DNA of 64,000 nt from Candidatus Micrarchaeota archaeon (GTDB lineage: Archaea; Micrarchaeota; Micrarchaeia; Micrarchaeales; CABMGC01): the NCBI GenBank assembly GCA_021811535.1, contig JAJZOF010000020.1, positions 106,894-170,893 on the forward strand, read 5' to 3'. The notes under the pieces are model-generated. The model did not search any database. It saw nothing but the letters and a program-made list of their open reading frames with translations, and was not told where the DNA came from. A program made the translations under genes and the position numbers. Below, piece after piece: positions 24,690-33,209 of the stretch; position 1 is the stretch's first letter; the number at the start of each line of letters is the position of its first letter.

Positions 24690-25445
24690 TTATCCTACAT
24701 CCGTCTTGTTGAATGCGTATGCGGCTATCGCGATCAGTATGGCGGTTGATACCAGCATCCCGGCAAGATCAATCCATATGGAGAATGTGCCAGAGCCAGA
24801 TAGTGCTATGCGCATACCGTCTATCCCGTAAGTCAGTGGGTTTAGGTATGTTATCACCCTTACAAAGGATGGGAGCACAGTTATTGGGAATATACCGTTG
24901 GAGAGAAAGAAGAGCGGCAGGGTAAAGAAGCTTGTAACAAGCTGGAATCCCTGGAAGTCGTTTATCAATGAGCCTAGAGTAAGCCCCAGGCTTATGAATG
25001 TGGCTGCTATAAGCAGCATGAATACTATTACCATTGGAGTGAATATTGAGAGATGGATGTTGAAGCCTATAAGGAGGGATATTGCTATCACTATTATACT
25101 CTGCAGCAGCGCTGTCGTTGCGCCGCCAAGGACTCTCCCTATCACTATTGAAAATCTTGAATTTGGCGTCACGAGGATCTCTTTCAGGAATCCAAACTGT
25201 CTGTCCCACAGTACGGCTGTTCCAGAGGATATGGAGGTGAAAAGCAGCGACATCCCTATTATTCCCGGGACTATGAAATCAAGGTAGCTTCCTCCTGTGG
25301 TCAGATGTATCAGGCTTCCCAGTCCAAGGCCCAGACCCAAAAGGAAGAATAGCGGCATCATCAGTATACCTATTATCCTAGATCTTGCCCTTATGAACCT
25401 CTTAACATCCCTAAGCCAGAGAACGTATACTGCATTTGTATCCAT
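24690..25445 (-). CDS. ABC-2-type transporter permease
   Basis: 251 aa with six hydrophobic segments. Starts 1 nt after the ABC ATPase gene. Confidence 0.8.
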   Translation of the reverse strand: MDTNAVYVLWLRDVKRFIRARSRIIGILMMPLFFLLGLGLGLGSLIHLTTGGSYLDFIVPGIIGMSLLFTSISSGTAVLWDRQFGFLKEILVTPNSRFSIVIGRVLGGATTALLQSIIVIAISLLIGFNIHLSIFTPMVIVFMLLIAATFISLGLTLGSLINDFQGFQLVTSFFTLPLFFLSNGIFPITVLPSFVRVITYLNPLTYGIDGMRIALSGSGTFSIWIDLAGMLVSTAILIAIAAYAFNKTDVG

Positions 25446-25446
25446 T

Positions 25447-26442
25447 TTATCTATTCCTCTTCATCCTTACGCTCCGCATCATTCCCTTCCATCCTTCTCC
25501 GGCTTCTTCCCTGATAGTCTTTCCAGTATAGTATATGAAGACATCCTCAAGGCTCGGCTTGTGTATGTTAACTGACTCTATCTTTATCCTGTTTTTTGTA
25601 GCGATGTTTATTATCTCAGGCACCTTCTTCTCAGCCTCGACCAGTGTCAGGTCTATGAAGTCTTCATGTTTTGTTATCCTTCTTACCCATTTGGTCTTCT
25701 TGAATATTGTTTCTAATGCGGCAGCATTACCCGGCGATTTTATCGAGACGACGTCTCCACCGAGCTTGTTTTTGAGAGCTGTAGGAGTGTCAAGGGCGAC
25801 AATCTTCCCATGGTCTATGAATGCAACCCTGTTTGTCAGGAAATCCGCTTCCTCGATGTAGTGTGTGGTAAGTATTATTGTGACCTTGTGCGTCTCGTTG
25901 AGTTTTTTTATATAATCCCAGATATGTCTGCGCGTCTGTACATCAAGTCCCAGTGTAGGTTCATCAAGGAAGAGGACTTTTGGCTGGTGTATGAGGCCCC
26001 TGCCTATCTCAAGGCGGCGCTTCATCCCGCCGGAGTAATTCTTAACCAATATGTCTGCCTTATCTTCAAGTTCTATGAGCTTGAGTATCTCACTGATCCT
26101 TTCAGTGCGCTTCTCCTTGTCTATCTTATAGAGTATGGCATGGAACTCAAGGTTTTCCCTTCCGGTAAGTTCTTCGTCTAGAGATGGGTCCTGGAATATT
26201 ATGCCTATAATCTTTCGCACGTCCTTTGGGTCTGACCTTATATCGAGGCCTGCTATATCCACCTCTCCTCCGGTGGGCTGCAGCAATGTTGTGAGCATCT
26301 TTATAGTTGTGGTCTTTCCTGCACCATTCGGGCCGAGGAGCCCGAATATCTCCCCCTCGTTTACTTCGAATGATATGCCGCCTACTGCCTGGAATTCTCC
26401 AAACTTCTTTGAGAGGTTCTTTACTTTTATTATCTTTTCCAT
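25447..26442 (-). CDS. ABC transporter ATP-binding protein (DrrA/CcmA-like exporter type)
   Basis: Walker A GPNGAGKTT, signature YSGGMKRR and Walker B VLFLDEPT. Confidence 0.9.
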   Translation of the reverse strand: MEKIIKVKNLSKKFGEFQAVGGISFEVNEGEIFGLLGPNGAGKTTTIKMLTTLLQPTGGEVDIAGLDIRSDPKDVRKIIGIIFQDPSLDEELTGRENLEFHAILYKIDKEKRTERISEILKLIELEDKADILVKNYSGGMKRRLEIGRGLIHQPKVLFLDEPTLGLDVQTRRHIWDYIKKLNETHKVTIILTTHYIEEADFLTNRVAFIDHGKIVALDTPTALKNKLGGDVVSIKSPGNAAALETIFKKTKWVRRITKHEDFIDLTLVEAEKKVPEIINIATKNRIKIESVNIHKPSLEDVFIYYTGKTIREEAGEGWKGMMRSVRMKRNR

Positions 26443-26446
26443 ATCT

Positions 26447-26884
26447 TCACTCCAGAGACCTTAGCCTCTTTGATATCAGATTAATCCTTGCCTTGTATTC
26501 GTTGAACCTCCCCTTCTCGCTCTGCTTAAGCTCTTCCAGGTACGATATGCTGCTCTCTATGTTGGTTATGACCTCATCCGTGCTGTTACCAGGATATGCT
26601 TCCTTTCTGTACGATTCGGCAATCTCGTATTTTCCGTCCTTGTTTTTCTTTATCAGGCGCTCTTTGGAGAGCTGTTCAAGGAGTGGGTATATTGATCCTG
26701 GAGACGGTCTCCACCAGCCGTGGCTCATCTCTTCAAGCGTATCCATTATTTCTATCCCATTCTTAGGCCCTTCTTGTATGACTCTTAGTACTGATGGTCT
26801 TATCCAGCCGCGTTGGCCAAAGTTCCTTCGCCATGTAAAGGCTTCGTTTATATTCGAACTATTTCTGTGTTTTTCGTTGTTCAT
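26447..26884 (-). CDS. PadR-family transcriptional regulator
   Basis: VLRVIQEGPKNGIEIMDTLE...PSPGSIYPLLEQLSKERLI. ATG 26884 is preferred; the ORF is open to GTG 26893. Confidence 0.8.
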   Translation of the reverse strand: MNNEKHRNSSNINEAFTWRRNFGQRGWIRPSVLRVIQEGPKNGIEIMDTLEEMSHGWWRPSPGSIYPLLEQLSKERLIKKNKDGKYEIAESYRKEAYPGNSTDEVITNIESSISYLEELKQSEKGRFNEYKARINLISKRLRSLE

Positions 26885-26911
26885 AGACACCACGTCAGAT
26901 AAATTTAGATT

Positions 26912-26950
26912 ATATCGTTTATCCGATATCGCTTATTTGATATTTATACC
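26912..26950 (-). promoter_or_regulatory. Three 14-bp-phased GATATCG-type repeats upstream of padR (candidate operator)
   Basis: The repeats are atatcgtttatcc (26912-), gatatcgcttattt (26925-) and gatatttatacc (26939-). They include the palindrome cgatatcg. Confidence 0.3.
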
Positions 26951-26980
26951 GCTTTGTATTTAATACCTATGCATGCTGTT

Positions 26981-27580
26981 CTATTTGGTTAGGAGTTCAT
27001 CCTGAAGGGCTGTTTTTCTTGAGCTTATCCTGGAGAGTATGCGCCTTATCGCTTCTGAGGCTATCTTTTCATTCCCGTCTGTTTCTGATGGATCATATAT
27101 TATTGATCCGCGCTCCCCAATCCACCTCTTCCCGCCTCCTGCCGCAACCATCCCGTCAAGCATCGGATTTGGTGCGCGTATTGCGCTCCCGAGCATCCTG
27201 TAGAAATCCTCATCTTCGTCCAGATGGTAGAGACCCTCTATTGATGCGGATGTTGAAGAGACGAGATAGCTTATAGGACCGTACCTCGTATTAAGGAGCG
27301 CATTGAATTTTCCTGATAGGTTGTCCAGTAAAGCGATCTCCTCTTTTTTGGCTGAGAGCACCCTGTTTAGGCCTTCTTCGCTTTTCTTTCTGAATATCTC
27401 CGCTTTCAGATCACCGAGCTCCTCTTTTATCGACTCTGATTCGCTGGCGCGGACTGAATGAAGCTGTTTTTCCAGCAGAAATATCTCATTCAGCAGCTTC
27501 TGGTCCTCTATATTTTTATGCATATCATTTGGAGATTGTGTCTTTTCTGTATCTTCAACTTCGCCAGGCGAATAATCCAT
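26981..27580 (-). CDS. Hypothetical coiled-coil protein
   Basis: 199-aa ORF co-directional between the SDR and padR genes. The N-terminal half is heptad-like and E/K-rich. I recognise no family. Confidence 0.45.
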   Translation of the reverse strand: MDYSPGEVEDTEKTQSPNDMHKNIEDQKLLNEIFLLEKQLHSVRASESESIKEELGDLKAEIFRKKSEEGLNRVLSAKKEEIALLDNLSGKFNALLNTRYGPISYLVSSTSASIEGLYHLDEDEDFYRMLGSAIRAPNPMLDGMVAAGGGKRWIGERGSIIYDPSETDGNEKIASEAIRRILSRISSRKTALQDELLTK

Positions 27581-27601
27581 GATTTAGATGGTGTTTTTAC
27601 A

Positions 27602-28354
27602 TTAATCAATCTTTTTGTTCATCATCTGGAACGTTCTGTCCGCTTCTTCCTTTCCCATCTCCATCCATTTCTTTGTCTGGCCTGCTGTTATCTCGTATTT
27701 ATTCTCCTCGACTCCGCTGATTATTATATCTGCCATCTCCTCTGCTGTGATGGCGTTTTCTGTCTTCGGCTGAGGTCTTCCTTTTAGATAGGTATCGTAC
27801 ACTATCGGAGGCACCACCTCGAAGACCTTTATGTTCGTAGAAGAGAGTTGGTGCCGCAGGGACATTGTAAATGAGTGAATTGCCGCCTTTGTTGCGGAGT
27901 ATATCGGGTACCTGGTCATTGGTATGAATCCCAAACCTGAAGATACATTGATTATCGCACTTTCCCTGTGTTTCGCAAGGATTGGTATCAGATATGCAGA
28001 AAGATACACATGTGCCCTGAAATTTACCTGTATCTCGTCCTCGTTTGAGAGTAGATCTTCTGGACCTTTTGAGAAGTCGATCGGTCTCTGTATGCCTGCG
28101 TTGTTTATTAGCATATCGACTTCTGGAAACTTCTGCTTGATAGACTCGTTCAGTGACTCTATATCTGCTTTTTTTGAGATGTCGCATCGTATTGCATGTA
28201 CACCAGGTGCAGCTTCCTGAGCTGCAGTGAGCTTATCCGCATTCCTGCCGCATATTACCACGTTATTGCCCATTCCGATGAGTTTCTTTGCAAGAGCAAA
28301 ACCTATGCCAGATGAACCACCCGATATAAATATTGTCCTCTTCTGCATCTGCAT
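27602..28354 (-). CDS. Short-chain dehydrogenase/reductase (SDR)
   Basis: ISGGSSGIGFA, NNAG and YSATKAA are classic SDR motifs. Confidence 0.85.
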   Translation of the reverse strand: MQMQKRTIFISGGSSGIGFALAKKLIGMGNNVVICGRNADKLTAAQEAAPGVHAIRCDISKKADIESLNESIKQKFPEVDMLINNAGIQRPIDFSKGPEDLLSNEDEIQVNFRAHVYLSAYLIPILAKHRESAIINVSSGLGFIPMTRYPIYSATKAAIHSFTMSLRHQLSSTNIKVFEVVPPIVYDTYLKGRPQPKTENAITAEEMADIIISGVEENKYEITAGQTKKWMEMGKEEADRTFQMMNKKID

Positions 28355-28436
28355 AATATTCCACCTGATTTACTATGGTCAATATTCTGCGCGGGAATAT
28401 ATAATTACCTTGCATGCTGTTTATGTATGTGGTTTT

Positions 28437-29492
28437 ATGATCGATAGCGTTGGCTATGCTGCAAACAGCGCAGGTGGAAAGCTGGGAAAGTTTTCTTTCA
28501 AGAGGAGGGATGTCGGGGACAATGATGTGCTTATCGAGATATCTTACTGCGGAATATGCCACTCTGATATACATGAGGTAAAGAATGAATGGGGCGGATC
28601 TAACTATCCTCTTGTTCCGGGGCATGAGATAATAGGTAAGGTAGTTGAGATTGGAAGTAATGTAAAAAAGTTTAAGACAGGGGAGCTTGCCGGGGTTGGC
28701 TGCATGGTAGGCTCGTGCGGGAAGTGTGAAGCATGCATTAGAGGCGAGGAGCAGAACTGCAAGGATGGGCCCATATGGACATATAATTCAACCGATCCTG
28801 TAACTGGGAATCAGACTCTGGGAGGGTATTCCAATAATATTGTAGTTAATGAATCTTTTGCGCTGAAGATAAACAACGGGGTAAACGAAGCTGCCGTTGC
28901 GCCTCTTATGTGTGCGGGGATAACTACTTATTCCCCTCTTAAGAGATGGGGTGCCGGTCCTGGAAAGAGCATAGGAGTAGCAGGGCTGGGCGGGCTTGGG
29001 CATATGGCAGTAAAGATAGCAAAGGCGATGGGAGCGGATGTTACAGTGATAACCAGCTCTGAAAGCAAGGTTAATGAAGCAAAGAGGCTCGGTGCCAGCA
29101 GGGTAGTCTTCTCGAAAGACAAGGCAGCGTTTGACGCAAACAGGAGATCCTTCGACATAATAATTGATACAATACCCGCAAAGCACGATATAGACTCTGC
29201 GCTTTCGCTAACAAAGCCTGGAGGCGCCGTAGTTGTTGTAGGGCTTCCGCCACGATCGCAGAAGTACGAGCTCTCTGCATCTTCCGTTGTTGGAGGGAGT
29301 AGGATCTTTGCTGGATCTAATATAGGAGGTATAAGGGAAACGCAGGAGATGCTTGATTTCTGCGCGAAGCACGGAGTTACTGCAGATGTGGAGAAGATAC
29401 CTCCTGAGGAGATAAATGAAGCCTATGAGAGGGCCCTCAGATCGGATGTAAAGTATAGGTTTGTAATAGACATGGCATCGCTGGCGCATTGA
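28437..29492 (+). CDS. Zn-dependent alcohol dehydrogenase (cinnamyl-ADH/YahK-like, NADP type)
   Basis: From Met71. Motifs YCGICHSDIH, structural Zn site CGKCEACIRGEEQNC and GLGGLGHMAVK. Confidence 0.85.
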   Translation: MIDSVGYAANSAGGKLGKFSFKRRDVGDNDVLIEISYCGICHSDIHEVKNEWGGSNYPLVPGHEIIGKVVEIGSNVKKFKTGELAGVGCMVGSCGKCEACIRGEEQNCKDGPIWTYNSTDPVTGNQTLGGYSNNIVVNESFALKINNGVNEAAVAPLMCAGITTYSPLKRWGAGPGKSIGVAGLGGLGHMAVKIAKAMGADVTVITSSESKVNEAKRLGASRVVFSKDKAAFDANRRSFDIIIDTIPAKHDIDSALSLTKPGGAVVVVGLPPRSQKYELSASSVVGGSRIFAGSNIGGIRETQEMLDFCAKHGVTADVEKIPPEEINEAYERALRSDVKYRFVIDMASLAH

Positions 29493-29627
29493 GGCTGCTT
29501 TAATCATTCTGGTTTATTTCCTACGTTTGCCTACTATTTGCCTATACAATGATGGGCGTTCCCATGGTTGCAGAGCCATATTTTAGCTATCTAGGAGTGC
29601 AACTATAGCATATCTTCGGTTTAAATC

Positions 29628-29651
29628 CTCTCATTAATAATGAGAGCTTTT
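29628..29651 (+). terminator. Perfect 9-bp-arm palindrome plus T-run
   Basis: CTCTCATTA-a-TAATGAGAG (29628-29646) followed by ctttt. Located between the ADH gene and tRNA-Asp. Confidence 0.35.
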
Positions 29652-29667
29652 GTGCAATAATAATGAA

Positions 29668-29740
29668 CGCCTTGGCCGGGATTCGGACCCGGGTCACAAG
29701 CGTGACAGGCTCGTATGCTAGACCACTACACTACCAAGGC
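29668..29740 (-). tRNA. tRNA-Asp (GUC)
   Basis: The reverse complement folds as GCCTTGG...anticodon loop CTGTCAC...T-arm CCGGG-TCCGAAT-CCCGG...CCAAGGC with discriminator G. Confidence 0.85.
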
Positions 29741-29793
29741 ATGGACACTATACTTTAATGCCTTCTTATTTTAAACTTTAGCTTAGGCCTATT

Positions 29794-30297
29794 TCAGGTA
29801 TTTGTTTGTCTGCGGGGATCCCTTTGGGCGGAGAGAAGTTCGATTGTTGCTATAAAGGCCTTCTCGCTTCCTATAATCGCTTTTAATTTGGACACATTGT
29901 CCGCAAATTTATCGGCATGTTGCGCGGATACACGAAGAGCAGCCTTGGATAGCAGTTTTTCTAATTCTGATGGATCAGTTATAAGCTTATGCGCCATGAG
30001 CCCTGTACTTGTTATCCTTAATTTCTCGCCGTGCGATCTTATTATTCCGAGCGTCTCTAGCTCTTTTATGCCTGTTTCTATGCTGCTGAAGAGGTATTCC
30101 GGCATGTGGCTGCCTGAGCTGGCAATTTGAAGGTCTACAAGCGAACCCCTTTGCATGGATTTCCTATCTGCCATGATGAACAGGGAGTATATCTTTTCTA
30201 TATCTGAAAACTTTATACCGCTGTTATTTATTTTCAGGTATAACATGCTCTCTAGAAGCCGTGTGGCGGCTTTCTCCGCGCTCTCGGCTCTTGACAT
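29794..30297 (-). CDS. Hypothetical protein with possible winged-helix segment
   Basis: From Met17. GIKELETLGIIRSHGEKLRITSTGL is wing-like. I recognise no family. Confidence 0.4.
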   Translation of the reverse strand: MSRAESAEKAATRLLESMLYLKINNSGIKFSDIEKIYSLFIMADRKSMQRGSLVDLQIASSGSHMPEYLFSSIETGIKELETLGIIRSHGEKLRITSTGLMAHKLITDPSELEKLLSKAALRVSAQHADKFADNVSKLKAIIGSEKAFIATIELLSAQRDPRRQTNT

Positions 30298-30422
30298 AAA
30301 CACATTGACCCTGATGCTGTTTGCATGCATTATGTACGCCTGCATATTAATCGTGTTTTAGATTTATAGAAGTATGCTTTCCTCATGGCAAAATATATTA
30401 GTCTACAGCCAGTATTAGATGT

Positions 30423-32171
30423 ATGCGGAACTACGATGTATCTATACGTATATCCGGGGCGAATGGGGACGGGATAGATTCGATAGGTTTCATGATAGGC
30501 AAGAGCCTGGCAAGGAATGGGTTGTATATATTCGGATACAGGGGTTATCAATCAGTAATAAGGGGCGGGAGCGTATGGTATCAGATAAGGGCGAGCACCG
30601 AAAAACTTTATACGCACGGAGAATACATAGACATACTTATCTCCTTTGATCTGGATGGGATAAAAAACAGCCTGGGTTTCGTGAAGGGCGGCGGGATTGT
30701 GATATATGATTCCAAGACCAATGGGGCTGATGAACTTGCTGCTTCATCAAAAATGGATATAAATTTCGTGAAGCTTCCGCTTCTCGATTCTGCAGTGAAG
30801 AGCGGAGGTGACATATACAGGAATACTGTCGCTTTCGGGATACTATCTAAAATTGTAGGGATAAAGGAAGATTTTGTAATAAAATCCATATCCGACAGAT
30901 TCAAGAAGAAGCCAGGGCTTGTTACGCCTAATGTGACTGCAGCTAAGATAGGATACGAGTTGGACTTGGGCATAGATACCACAAAATTTTACTTCGGAGA
31001 AGAAGGAGAGCCTAAGAGAAGTTATATGCTTAGCGGAAACGAGGCTATAGCGATAGGTGCTGCAGCTGCGGGGTGCAAGTTCTACGCAGCCTATCCAATG
31101 ACTCCTGCAAGCAGCATACTCGACTGGTTTGCATCGCATGAAAACCATGGGATATTATACAAACAGCCTGAGGATGAGATAACAGCAATAAACATGACTA
31201 TTGGAGCGGCGAGTGCAGGTGTGCGCGCGATGTGCGGAACAAGCGGAGGCGGGTTCTCGCTCATGGTCGAGGGTCTGGGGCTTGCTGGAATACTCGAGGT
31301 ACCTATAGTAGTTGTTGAAGCGCAGAGGAGCGGGCCTAGCACAGGGCTTCCAACGAAGACGGAGCAGGGAGACCTTCTCTTTGTCATGAACGCATCACAG
31401 GGTGAATTTCCAAGGGTTATTATAGCTCCAAGGAGCGTGGAGGAGTGCTTTTATGAAACTGGTGCGGCATTTAATATCGCTGAGAAGTACCAGTGCCCTG
31501 TAATAATACTATCGGACCTTTTCCTGTCCGAACATATAGAGAGCGTGAATATAGAACCGGAAAGGGTAAGAATAGAAAGGGGGAAGATAGCCACTGAAAA
31601 GGCAGGCGGAGACTTCAAGAGGTATCTCATTACCGAGGACGGCGTATCTCCAAGGGCTCTTCCCGGGACCAAAGGCCTTGAATTCGTCGCCCCAAGCGAC
31701 GACCACGATGAGTACGGCAACCTTATCACTGATGTTTTTGTTGGAACTCCAGAGGCTGTAGAGCTGCGGAGAAAGATGCACTCTAAGAGGATGAAGAAGC
31801 TCGAGACAATGGTGAAAAACGGCGACATAAAGATGCCTGAAGTTGTCGGTGAGGGAGCCGATGCTTACCTTGTGACCTTCGGCTCTTCGACATATGCATG
31901 CATAGAGGCCGTTGGTCTTCTTAAGGACAAAGGCATTAACGTTGGGATTATATCATTCTCTTACCTTCATCCAATGGATTCCGAGAAGGTAGAGGCGCTT
32001 CTTAGCGGCAAGAGGCTTATCGATGTGGAGAGCAATTATACAGCGCAGTTTGCGCGGCTTATAAGGATGAATACAGGAATAAATATCAAGGAAAGGATAC
32101 TCAGGTACGACGGTGAGGCATTCACCGGAGAGTATTTATGCGCGGAGGTTATGAAAATCCTTAAAGGTTGA
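30423..32171 (+). CDS. 2-oxoacid:ferredoxin oxidoreductase, alpha subunit (fused gamma-alpha type), copy 1
   Basis: 582 aa. Motifs GANGDGIDS, FYAAYPMTPAS, GGGFSLM and GPSTGLPTKTEQGDL. Confidence 0.85.
   Translation: MRNYDVSIRISGANGDGIDSIGFMIGKSLARNGLYIFGYRGYQSVIRGGSVWYQIRASTEKLYTHGEYIDILISFDLDGIKNSLGFVKGGGIVIYDSKTNGADELAASSKMDINFVKLPLLDSAVKSGGDIYRNTVAFGILSKIVGIKEDFVIKSISDRFKKKPGLVTPNVTAAKIGYELDLGIDTTKFYFGEEGEPKRSYMLSGNEAIAIGAAAAGCKFYAAYPMTPASSILDWFASHENHGILYKQPEDEITAINMTIGAASAGVRAMCGTSGGGFSLMVEGLGLAGILEVPIVVVEAQRSGPSTGLPTKTEQGDLLFVMNASQGEFPRVIIAPRSVEECFYETGAAFNIAEKYQCPVIILSDLFLSEHIESVNIEPERVRIERGKIATEKAGGDFKRYLITEDGVSPRALPGTKGLEFVAPSDDHDEYGNLITDVFVGTPEAVELRRKMHSKRMKKLETMVKNGDIKMPEVVGEGADAYLVTFGSSTYACIEAVGLLKDKGINVGIISFSYLHPMDSEKVEALLSGKRLIDVESNYTAQFARLIRMNTGINIKERILRYDGEAFTGEYLCAEVMKILKG
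31221..31291 (+). repeat. 71-nt segment with a single mismatch to 42184-42254 (core of a roughly 320-nt highly similar block between the two OFOR alpha genes)
   Basis: By-eye alignment. The exact 50-nt run agcggaggcgggttctcgctcatggtcgagggtctggggcttgctggaat occurs at 31242-31291 and 42205-42254. Confidence 0.85.
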
Positions 32172-32176
32172 TATTC

Positions 32177-33052
32177 ATGTACACTATGCAGGACTACAAA
32201 TCAAACGTGAAACCGATATTCTGCCCCGGCTGCGGGGATTATGGAGTAGATGCATCCATGCTTAAGGCATTGATGGAACTGCAACTGGATCCCTCAAACA
32301 CAGTAATAGTCTCTGGCATAGGATGCAGCTCGAGCATGCCCCACGATTTTAAGACTTACGGGATACATGGGCTTCATGGACGGGCCCTTCCGCTTGCGGA
32401 AGGAGTACGTCTGGCGAACACGGAGCTCCACGTCATAGTCGCAGGAGGTGATGGCGACGGATACGGCATTGGGCTAAATCACCTGATCCATGCGATACGC
32501 AGGAACCTCAATATCACATATGTCGTCATGAACAATGAGATATACGGTCTTACTACTGGGCAGGCCTCGCCTACAAGCGGGATGGGGCATATTACAAAGT
32601 CTACGCCTTTTGGGGTAATAGAGCGACCAGTAAATCCGTTGTCACTTGCGCTTGCTGCGGGGGCGACTTATGTCGCGCGCGGCTTCTCTGGGGATCCGGT
32701 ACATCTTACGAATCTGATAAAGAATGGTATATTACACAAAGGCTTCGCGCTTGTGGACGTGCAGAGCCCTTGCGTAACGTTCAACAAGATAAACACATAC
32801 GAATGGACTAGGAAGAGGGTCTATAAACTGGAGGAGGCAGGGCATGATCCAAAGGATTTCATGAAGGCGATGGAGAAGGCCGTTGAGTTCCAGCTAAACC
32901 CTGAGAAGTTTCCCATAGGTTTGTTTTATGAGGCAGATGTACCGACATACGAAGAGCAGGAGGAGGCGCTTAAGCAGGGGCCGCTCACAAAACACCAGCT
33001 GCAGAGCATAGAGGACGTCAAGGCTCTTCTTGAGGAGCATTCGGTATTATGA
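32177..33052 (+). CDS. 2-oxoacid:ferredoxin oxidoreductase, beta subunit (TPP-binding), copy 1
   Basis: Motifs FCPGCGDYG, GGDGDGYGIG and MNNEIYGLTTGQ. Confidence 0.85.
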   Translation: MYTMQDYKSNVKPIFCPGCGDYGVDASMLKALMELQLDPSNTVIVSGIGCSSSMPHDFKTYGIHGLHGRALPLAEGVRLANTELHVIVAGGDGDGYGIGLNHLIHAIRRNLNITYVVMNNEIYGLTTGQASPTSGMGHITKSTPFGVIERPVNPLSLALAAGATYVARGFSGDPVHLTNLIKNGILHKGFALVDVQSPCVTFNKINTYEWTRKRVYKLEEAGHDPKDFMKAMEKAVEFQLNPEKFPIGLFYEADVPTYEEQEEALKQGPLTKHQLQSIEDVKALLEEHSVL

Positions 33053-33054
33053 AT

Positions 33055-33155
33055 TCCCGTTGGTGTGAGTCGAACACACAGCCTGTCGGTATCTACTGCC
33101 ATGTTACTGGAAGTGCAAACTACAGCCGACCGCTCTGCCATTGAGCTACAACGGG
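33055..33155 (-). tRNA. tRNA-Tyr (GUA) with a 29-nt intron 3' of position 37
   Basis: Acceptor CCCGTTG/CAACGGG (C1:G72) with discriminator A73. Anticodon stem GTCGG/CCGAC and loop CTGTAG|intron|A, with the intron at 33091-33119. T-arm GTGTG-TTCGACT-CACAC. Confidence 0.85.
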
Positions 33156-33209
33156 ATACTGCTATATCTGATATACATTTATTTATATATTGTGAGGAAA
33201 GATTATTTT

